Positions 57,386 through 64,000 of a stretch of 64,000 bases of DNA are shown here, in pieces. Both the position numbers and the translations under genes were made by a program. How positions within the stretch are numbered: the stretch's first letter is position 1; every line of letters begins with the position of its first letter. The notes below the pieces were generated by a model that did no database searches, had not been told where the DNA came from, and saw only the letters and a program-made list of their open reading frames with translations. Origin of the DNA: Candidatus Krumholzibacteriia bacterium (lineage in GTDB: Bacteria; Krumholzibacteriota; Krumholzibacteriia; LZORAL124-64-63); assembly GCA_024762975.1 (NCBI GenBank), contig JANTGJ010000003.1, forward strand, positions 2,736 to 66,735, given 5' to 3'.

Positions 57386-58489
57386 TCAGCGGTCGGAAAT
57401 CACCTGTCGGTACAGGTCGTCGTGCGCGGCGATACACGCTTCCCAGGAATACCGACTTTCCACCGTTTGGCGCGCTGCCGCCGACAGGGCGCGATTGCGC
57501 TCACCGTCGCTTAACAGGGATCCGACGGCGTCCGCCAGTGCGGCGGCATCGTTTGCCGGAACCAGCAACCCGTTGACGCCATCCTCGATGACCTCGCAGT
57601 TGCCGCCCACGGCGGTCGCCACCGGCGTACAACCGCAGAGCATGTACTCCAACAGCGCGTTCGAGAATCCTTCCGAATCAGAACAGAGCACGGCGATATC
57701 CCACTGCGCCAGCAGATCCGGCACATCGGACCGGCGACCGTGGAATACGATTCTGCCCCCGAGTCCGGCAGCCCGGGCCTGCTCCTCGAGTGCCGGGCGC
57801 AGATGCCCGTCGCCGACGATTTCCCACTGTGTGGCGGGAAAGCGCCGGTGGAGCTCGCCGGCGGCCGCCACGAACAGATCGGTGCGTTTCACGTGCCGGT
57901 TCAGATTGCCCACGATGCCCACGCGCAGGGGCTGCGGCGACGGCTGGCGGTAGGGGAAGCGCGAAATCTCCAGACCGTTGGGAATGACCGTCACCTCGCT
58001 GGGCGGCAGGCCATCCATCTGGCAGAAGTGGTCCTTGACCGCCTCGGAATTGGCCACGAAACCTGTCATGCCGCGGTAGACCCAGCGCAGTGCGATCTCC
58101 TGCTTGCGGGTCCGCCAAAAACCCAGGTCACGAAAGCAGGCCAGTCGCATCGGCACGCCGGCGCTGCGGGAAGCGGCGCCGACCAGCAGGGTCGGGTCCT
58201 GGAAGAAAGTCTGGACTACGTCGAATCGCTTCCGCTTCAGAAGACTCCGCAGACTGCGAAACGCATTCCAGCCGGACGGGGACAAGAGCGTCCGCAGGTC
58301 CAGGAAGTGGTGCGCGCAATCGTCCGGCAGCAGTTCCGGCTCGGTCGGGCGAAACGTACACAGATGCGGCTCGTAGCGGGTGCGGTCCAGCCGGTCGATC
58401 AGCCCCTTGAGCTGCAATTCGGTGCCGCCGCGGGCCAGCGAGTCGATGGCATAGAGAATGCGGATGCGACTCGCCTCAGACATTGCCAT
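57386..58489 (-). CDS. Glycosyltransferase family 4
   Basis: GGTELQ, VIPNG, GRRSDVPDLL, SEGFSNALLEYM, TAVGGNCEVI. Confidence 0.92.
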   Translation of the reverse strand: MAMSEASRIRILYAIDSLARGGTELQLKGLIDRLDRTRYEPHLCTFRPTEPELLPDDCAHHFLDLRTLLSPSGWNAFRSLRSLLKRKRFDVVQTFFQDPTLLVGAASRSAGVPMRLACFRDLGFWRTRKQEIALRWVYRGMTGFVANSEAVKDHFCQMDGLPPSEVTVIPNGLEISRFPYRQPSPQPLRVGIVGNLNRHVKRTDLFVAAAGELHRRFPATQWEIVGDGHLRPALEEQARAAGLGGRIVFHGRRSDVPDLLAQWDIAVLCSDSEGFSNALLEYMLCGCTPVATAVGGNCEVIEDGVNGLLVPANDAAALADAVGSLLSDGERNRALSAAARQTVESRYSWEACIAAHDDLYRQVISDR

Positions 58490-59888
58490 CCGATTCGAAG
58501 AGCCGGTAGACCGGAAAGCTGCGCTCCAGGTGGGTTGTGACCGTCAGCGACGCGAAGGCCATGCCACTGACCAGCCACCAGCAGATCAGGTACAGACTGT
58601 GATTGAATACGCCGTTGACCAGCAGCATCACCAGGTAGAGCATGCCTGCCCGGGCCACGGCCCCGGTGAATTCCGCATCACGATAATACCGTCCCAGCAG
58701 AGTCCGGTCCCGGCGGTGGAGTCTCTTGTCGCGGGCGAGGCTCGCCGCTCTCAGTTCCAGTCGATGCAGACGGTTCCGGGCAATGTGGAACGAATAGAAC
58801 AGCGCCCAGACGAAGAATGCGAAGACGGCCAGACCCTGGATGCCCAGGTGCGTGGCGACCTGCAGGTAGAGATTGTGCGTGTACTGCACGCGTCCGAAGC
58901 GTTGCGTTCGTACCACGGTAAAGCAGTCCACACCCACACCGAAGGGATGGTCCAGAAAGATCGCCCAGGCGTCCTGCATGATCAGCAAACGGGATTCACG
59001 AGAGTGTCCCGCGGCCTCTTTTCCGTTGATGCTCTTGAAGCGCCCCTTGTACTGCTCCGGCAGAGTGGTCACCGTGATGGCCGCGGCGATCGCCACGACC
59101 ACGAAGATGCGTCCGCGGTGCCGGGACGAGAGCCACCAGGCGACGACCATCGCGATGGCACCGAGGTAGCCGGCACGTGATCCGGTGTAGATGATGATCG
59201 GCACGATCATCGCACCCATTCCCAGCATGATCAGCCGCAGGATCTTCGAACGGACGACCGGAAAAATGGCCAGCAGGAAGGGGACTCCGGTGACTGCGAT
59301 CAGGCTCAGGCCGTTCGGATGCTTGTACAGGGGCACCGAGCCGTGCAAACGCAGGATGCCCTGATTGTACCACATCATGCCCCCGGTCATCCAACCGCGG
59401 GTGGACTCCTGGTAGACCCAGAACAGCGAGAACAGGAAAACTCCGATAAACCAGCGCAAATGATTCGGTGTGCGCATGAATGCGGCCATGAACAGCGCAA
59501 ACATGGACAGCTTGAATATATAGTTGAAGTACATGGCCCAGGCTTTGGCCGGGAAAACGGCGAACGGAACCTGGGAGAGTTCGATGGCCAGCAGCGAGAA
59601 AATGGCGATGATCAGGATCCTGTGGTAGTCCAGATCCAATTTGAAACTGGCGAGCGAGTAGGCCGCCAGTACCGTCAGAACCAGCCCCGCAATAAACTCG
59701 TGGCGGATCGCACTGAGAAAATCGAGGCGCGCACCGAGATTCGTGAAAACCGACATGGTGTACAGGAGCAGGCCGACGAAGAAGATCGTGGGAGGAACAA
59801 ACCCGCCGTGACCCTTGACCAGGGCGCCCGCACCGGTGTGCGGGCTGCCCAGGGCAGAGGATACGTGCGCGGAGTCGGACGATGCCAA
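58476..59888 (-). CDS. O-antigen ligase / Wzy polymerase family membrane protein
   Basis: Multi-TM; HPNGL, TGSRAGYLG, SRESR...HPFGVG...THNLYLQ. Confidence 0.85.
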   Translation of the reverse strand: MASSDSAHVSSALGSPHTGAGALVKGHGGFVPPTIFFVGLLLYTMSVFTNLGARLDFLSAIRHEFIAGLVLTVLAAYSLASFKLDLDYHRILIIAIFSLLAIELSQVPFAVFPAKAWAMYFNYIFKLSMFALFMAAFMRTPNHLRWFIGVFLFSLFWVYQESTRGWMTGGMMWYNQGILRLHGSVPLYKHPNGLSLIAVTGVPFLLAIFPVVRSKILRLIMLGMGAMIVPIIIYTGSRAGYLGAIAMVVAWWLSSRHRGRIFVVVAIAAAITVTTLPEQYKGRFKSINGKEAAGHSRESRLLIMQDAWAIFLDHPFGVGVDCFTVVRTQRFGRVQYTHNLYLQVATHLGIQGLAVFAFFVWALFYSFHIARNRLHRLELRAASLARDKRLHRRDRTLLGRYYRDAEFTGAVARAGMLYLVMLLVNGVFNHSLYLICWWLVSGMAFASLTVTTHLERSFPVYRLFESDGNV

Positions 59889-59942
59889 GGCGGTTCTCCA
59901 TCCGGCCCGGAGCCGGTCTTGGGCGCGACCGACGCGCGTGAT

Positions 59943-61166
59943 CTACGGCGACAGGTCGTTGATCTGGGCATTCAACGGCATACCCGGCGAATCTCCGGTG
60001 CCGGCGAAGGTGATCGGGTAACCCGAAGGGTTGGCAACGCCATTCCGGTCGATCACGTAGAGCCATGCCGGTTGGCCAACGGAGAAGTCGCCCTGGTTGA
60101 CGACGAAGCTGACGCTGGTCGTACTCCAGTCCACAGGGTACTGGATCTCACGGTGAGTGCATTGGTCGAAAGTCTCGGCGTTGCCGATTTCAATGCGCGC
60201 GCGAACGGTGTCGGCATAGATCTCATCGAAGTGGTGAATGTACTCGGACTGGCCGTCGTTGCAACCACCGGTGAAATTTTTATGATGCATGATCGTAAAA
60301 CGGCGAACCCAGCGGTGTTGCGCGTCGGGGTTGAAAGTGGCTTCGCCCGTAAAAGCGCCCGTGGCGCGGGCCCACTTCTCGTTGTCGATGCGTGTTTCGG
60401 TCCAGCTGTTGATATTGCCCTCACCCTTGAACTCGTGCTCGGACTCGTACCGGTGCCAGCCGGTGCCGTACATCCACGGCGACGTCGTCGGCTCCTCGGT
60501 TCGGATGGAGCTGGTCTCCTGATCGTTGTAGTCGCGCGGGGACAGCGAAGGATCGATACCCACCTCGCAACCGATGCGATCGGCGCAGGTCGAACGGATC
60601 TTCGGAGGACCAATCGGGTAATTCTCGGGCCAGATCGAGCCGTACCACTGGATGAACTTGTTGCTGGAGGCCGCTGCCAGCGGTCCGCCGTTCAGGGTTG
60701 AATCCGAAGAAGCCCAGAAGCTGAGATAGCCGGTCGTGAAGTCGTAATCCTCGAGGACTCCGTCATCGAACTTCGTGATACGGCAGCCCCACTGGGCTCC
60801 AACGTGGTTCGGGTGGCCCCAGCCCCACATCTGCGTACGAACGGACAGGGAATGCTGGCCGCGGGGGCGCTCGCCGACATAGATCGGGGGCTCGGGGACG
60901 ACCGGACCGGCGGGCAGATTGTCACCCTTGAAGGTGTAGCTGCCCCATCCGTGGATGTCCGTGCTGCCGGCGGTGCCGTCCTCGAAGTCGGACCAGATTA
61001 CCGGTTCGGCGTGGCCCTTGAACCCGAAATGGTTGCCGGTGACCGTCACCGTCGCCTTGTGGTACGGATTGATATCAACATCGCTGATGTCCGGCTGGGC
61101 GGCAACTGGTCCGGTGGCCAGTGCAATCAGTCCGAGCGCCAGGATTGAAATTGTTCTTCGGAACAT
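59943..61166 (-). CDS. Secreted beta-rich hypothetical protein ending in a PGMP tail
   Basis: Signal peptide; VTVTGNHFG, WSDFEDG, WHRYE, DEIYAD..RARIEIG, WSTTSVSFVVNQG; ends GDSPGMPLNAQINDLSP. Confidence 0.75.
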   Translation of the reverse strand: MFRRTISILALGLIALATGPVAAQPDISDVDINPYHKATVTVTGNHFGFKGHAEPVIWSDFEDGTAGSTDIHGWGSYTFKGDNLPAGPVVPEPPIYVGERPRGQHSLSVRTQMWGWGHPNHVGAQWGCRITKFDDGVLEDYDFTTGYLSFWASSDSTLNGGPLAAASSNKFIQWYGSIWPENYPIGPPKIRSTCADRIGCEVGIDPSLSPRDYNDQETSSIRTEEPTTSPWMYGTGWHRYESEHEFKGEGNINSWTETRIDNEKWARATGAFTGEATFNPDAQHRWVRRFTIMHHKNFTGGCNDGQSEYIHHFDEIYADTVRARIEIGNAETFDQCTHREIQYPVDWSTTSVSFVVNQGDFSVGQPAWLYVIDRNGVANPSGYPITFAGTGDSPGMPLNAQINDLSP

Positions 61167-61222
61167 GGGTACGTCCATCCTTGGTGGAGGCCTCTTTCAG
61201 CGGATCCCGCCGCTTGGAGGTA

Positions 61223-61238
61223 AGCAAGATCGAGGCCA
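61223..61238 (-). promoter_or_regulatory. Sigma54 (-24/-12) promoter
   Basis: Minus strand TGGCCT-CGATC-TTGCT (GG-N10-GC), 56 nt upstream of the secreted protein gene. Confidence 0.65.
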
Positions 61239-61389
61239 GAGGTCAAGCCGGACCTGTTGGCTCTGATGGAAAGCTACGGCGACCGCCTCTTTGCCGCTGG
61301 CGCGTCCGGTCGGGCGCATGTATTATCCCGTGTCGGAATTCGAGTTCCCACGATTGATGAGATCCCATCATGCGAAATGAGCGCGCCGT

Positions 61390-62922
61390 ATGGCAGAATT
61401 GGCGAAGGAATCCAAGCTTCTTGCCAAGCATTCGACAATCTACGCAGTTGGCGGTTTTCTGCAACGTATCACCGCCTTTCTATTGCTGCCTCTCTATACG
61501 CGCTATCTGACTCCTTTTGACTACGGTGTTCAGGAACTGATCGCCCTTTCCACGGATGTCGTAGCGCTGATCGTCGCGACGGGTGTGGCCACGGCCCTGC
61601 TGCGGGTCTATTTCGGCTATGACGCCGAGAAGGATCGCGTCGAAGTGCTCAGTACCGCGTTGTCCTCGTTGGGCGTGGTCGGCCTGATCGTGTTGGGACT
61701 GATGTTCGTTTTCGCCAAACCATTCGCGGGGCTGGTACTGGACGACACTTCGTTGTACCGACTGTTCTGGATCTCCTTCACGACACTCTGGTTCGCGATG
61801 GTGAACAACATCACTTCGACCTACCTGCGGGCTAAACAGCAATCATTCAAGCTGATGGTCATGGCGATGGTCCGACTGTTGCTGGGCGTGGGGTCCAGCG
61901 TCTATCTGGTCGTCGTTCTGAAGATGGGGGTCGCCGGAATCCTTCTTTCCGGCCTGTTCGTTGCCATCGTGAACTTTTGCGTCCTGTCGATACCGCTGTT
62001 GCGCGAAGTCGGCCTGCGCATTCACGTCGACAAGTTGAAGAACATGCTCGAGTTCGGTTTGCCGCTGGTTCCCGCCGAATTGAGCCGCATGATCGTCAAC
62101 CTTTCGGACCGGTATTTCATTCGTGGGTTCATGTCGGTCGCCGATGCGGGGCTGTACTCGCTGGGCTATCGTTTCAGTGTCCTGCCCAGCTGGGTCATCG
62201 GCCAGCCCTTCGCCAATACGTGGCAACCACGCCGATTGGAAATCTACAAGCAGGAAAATGCGGGCTATATCTTCAGCCGCGTGTTTACCTATTTCCTGAC
62301 GCTGATTCTTTTCGGGTGCCTGGGCATCGCGGTCCTGACGCAGGATACGCTCATGCTGCTGGTGGACTCGCGCTACTGGACAGCGGGATCGGTGGTGCCG
62401 GTGCTCGTGCTGGCCAATTTGCTGTTCTCGTTGCCGGAGCATTTCCAGCTGGGATTGCTGATCGCCCGCAAGACGAAGTACCTGGCCTGGATCAACATCT
62501 GGAACGCGTTGATCGTACTGCTCTGCAACTGGTTCCTGATCCGTGAATACGGTCTCTACGGTGCCGCCTGGGCCACGGTCATTGCCTTCGCCTTCAAGTG
62601 TGTCGCCACCTATATCTACGGGCAGCGCTTCTTCTATGTGGCCTACGAGAAGGGGCGCATTCTGAAGTTGGTCCTGGTAACGGCGTTGGTTTATGGTTTC
62701 AGCTATCTGATCCGCGTCGACAGCATCGTGCTGCGATTGGTCTTGAAGCTGGCCTGGGTGCTCAGTTTCCCGTTTTTGTTGCTGTCGATCCGCTTTTTCA
62801 GCGCCGGCGAAATGCAGAAGGGCCGCACATTCTTGAACAAGACGAAGAACAAATTGCTGCGGCGGGAGGCTTCGGTCCCGCAGGGGGAGCAGCAGTCCAC
62901 CGAATCAACGAATGGGGAGTAA
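61390..62922 (+). CDS. Wzx-type polysaccharide flippase
   Basis: HSTIY, FLLLPLYTRYLTP.DYG, FGLPLVP, SDRYFI, GLYSLGYRF, GLYGAAWAT. Confidence 0.9.
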   Translation: MAELAKESKLLAKHSTIYAVGGFLQRITAFLLLPLYTRYLTPFDYGVQELIALSTDVVALIVATGVATALLRVYFGYDAEKDRVEVLSTALSSLGVVGLIVLGLMFVFAKPFAGLVLDDTSLYRLFWISFTTLWFAMVNNITSTYLRAKQQSFKLMVMAMVRLLLGVGSSVYLVVVLKMGVAGILLSGLFVAIVNFCVLSIPLLREVGLRIHVDKLKNMLEFGLPLVPAELSRMIVNLSDRYFIRGFMSVADAGLYSLGYRFSVLPSWVIGQPFANTWQPRRLEIYKQENAGYIFSRVFTYFLTLILFGCLGIAVLTQDTLMLLVDSRYWTAGSVVPVLVLANLLFSLPEHFQLGLLIARKTKYLAWINIWNALIVLLCNWFLIREYGLYGAAWATVIAFAFKCVATYIYGQRFFYVAYEKGRILKLVLVTALVYGFSYLIRVDSIVLRLVLKLAWVLSFPFLLLSIRFFSAGEMQKGRTFLNKTKNKLLRREASVPQGEQQSTESTNGE

Positions 62923-63625
62923 GGTGTTCGGTACCAATGAAAGCACTCGCACCGTCCTGACCGGCACCGCCGCAGCCTTTGCGCTGTGGGTGCTGCTGGT
63001 TTTCTTCCACTATTTTCTGCCCGGGGTCTATGGCTGGTTGGCCTCCGAGGACAAGCTGGGTGAGAATCTGACGGCACTCTTCTACGCCATTTGCGGCGTG
63101 CTGGTGCTGTGGTCGATGGGGCTGCGCCTCAAGCGGGGCGAAACCACGTTTGCACACGAGATTTTCCCTTTCCTGGTCGGCCTGTTCTGCATTTTCGTTG
63201 GAGGCGAGGAAATCAGCTGGGGGCAGCGCCTGTTCCACATCGCCACGCCCGAGACCATCGCCCAGAACAATGTTCAGGGTGAGTTGACGCTGCACAACAT
63301 GGCCTGGTTCGACCGGCACGCGGGGAAGTTGAACCAGCATACGATCCTGAACCTGATCGCGTTGTCCTTCGGTGTCCTCGTGCCCGTGGGCTATGCGTTG
63401 ATCGGGTGGGCTCGCCGCCTGGCCGATTTCTTCAATTTTCCGGTCATGGGCCTTTCGTGCGTGGGCTGGTTCTTCTTCGGCCTGCTGCACGGCCAGACCG
63501 TGGCCAAGATCGACCCGCACTGGGCGCACACCGAGAACAAGGAGCTCGTCCTCTCGATCGGATTCCTGTGCTTCGGGATCGGTTACTTCCGGCGTACGCG
63601 CGCTGGACGCAAACTCGTGGGGTAG
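62912..63625 (+). CDS. Conserved membrane protein (EEISWGQR motif)
   Basis: Multi-TM; EDKLGEN, GGEEISWGQRLF, NVQGELTLHN. Confidence 0.7.
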   Translation: MGSKVFGTNESTRTVLTGTAAAFALWVLLVFFHYFLPGVYGWLASEDKLGENLTALFYAICGVLVLWSMGLRLKRGETTFAHEIFPFLVGLFCIFVGGEEISWGQRLFHIATPETIAQNNVQGELTLHNMAWFDRHAGKLNQHTILNLIALSFGVLVPVGYALIGWARRLADFFNFPVMGLSCVGWFFFGLLHGQTVAKIDPHWAHTENKELVLSIGFLCFGIGYFRRTRAGRKLVG

Positions 63626-63632
63626 GACTCGA

Positions 63633-64000
63633 TCAGGCTTCGGCCGGCGGTGGTGCGTCGGCCGGAGCTTCCTGTGTCTCCGTCTCAGCTGCCGCTTTTT
63701 TCTTCTCGGCCTGTTCGGCCAACTTGTCCCGGTGCCCCATCACGCGGGCCGGATTGCCCATCAGGATCACCCAGTCCGGGTACTTCTTGGCGCCGACGAC
63801 CGAATTGGCCGAGACGATGCAACCCTTGCCCATTTGTGCGCCGGGCATTACGAAAACATTCGACCCGAACCAGCAATCCGGACCGATGGAGATGGGGCCG
63901 GGGGTGTTGCCCTGCTCGCGGATGGGAATATCGATGCGCTCGGTGGTATGCGATTGAGTCCAGACCATCACGTTGGGGGCGAACATGACGTCGTCGCCCA
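63633..64000 (-). CDS. Hexapeptide-repeat (LbH) acyltransferase, C-terminal part (starts beyond window end)
   Basis: GDDVMFAPNV...H...IGPDCWFGSNVFVMPGAQMGKGCIVSANSVV...GNPARV. Confidence 0.88.
   Translation of the reverse strand, partial: GDDVMFAPNVMVWTQSHTTERIDIPIREQGNTPGPISIGPDCWFGSNVFVMPGAQMGKGCIVSANSVVGAKKYPDWVILMGNPARVMGHRDKLAEQAEKKKAAAETETQEAPADAPPPAEA

Overview
GC-rich bacterial chromosomal segment. The many secreted proteins with FlgD-Ig/T9SS-like tails and WGxVKAxY tails suggest an FCB-related lineage such as Ca. Krumholzibacteriota/Latescibacterota (inference). The first ~40 kb is mostly housekeeping and envelope genes: patatin (partial), S8 protease, TIGR00266, radA-ispD, ferredoxin, arcA, SpoIIE phosphatase, MFS plus TonB receptor, aceE-aceF-lpdA, a large beta-helix surface protein, MATE, aroA-tyrS, HDOD, TlpA and OmpA. 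From ~47 kb to the window end lies a surface/exopolysaccharide locus: pyruvyltransferase, three CapK/PaaK-like ligases, three GT4s, CapA, O-antigen ligase/polymerase, flippase and acyltransferase. The main finding is not in the ORF track. It is a 47-aa peptide gene (41036-41179, minus strand; MTKKSYFAPKLKTEKVELGVFGNYQNVYPRGKREPLAPVTDLDLRIE) with a YxxPxL RiPP leader motif and its own near-consensus sigma70 promoter, RBS and terminator. It sits directly downstream of a nucleotidyltransferase and an ABC exporter, with no lasso cyclase, RRE or leader peptidase in the window, so it is a candidate non-lasso, nucleotidyltransferase-linked RiPP system beside the polysaccharide locus. Also notable are two sigma54 promoters in front of secreted proteins with PGxP tails inside the EPS locus, a paralog pair with a WGxVKAxY C-terminal motif, and a putative cohesin/dockerin-like gene pair. 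I saw no rRNA, tRNA, CRISPR array or transposase. All family calls come from motif recognition by eye; no database searches were run.
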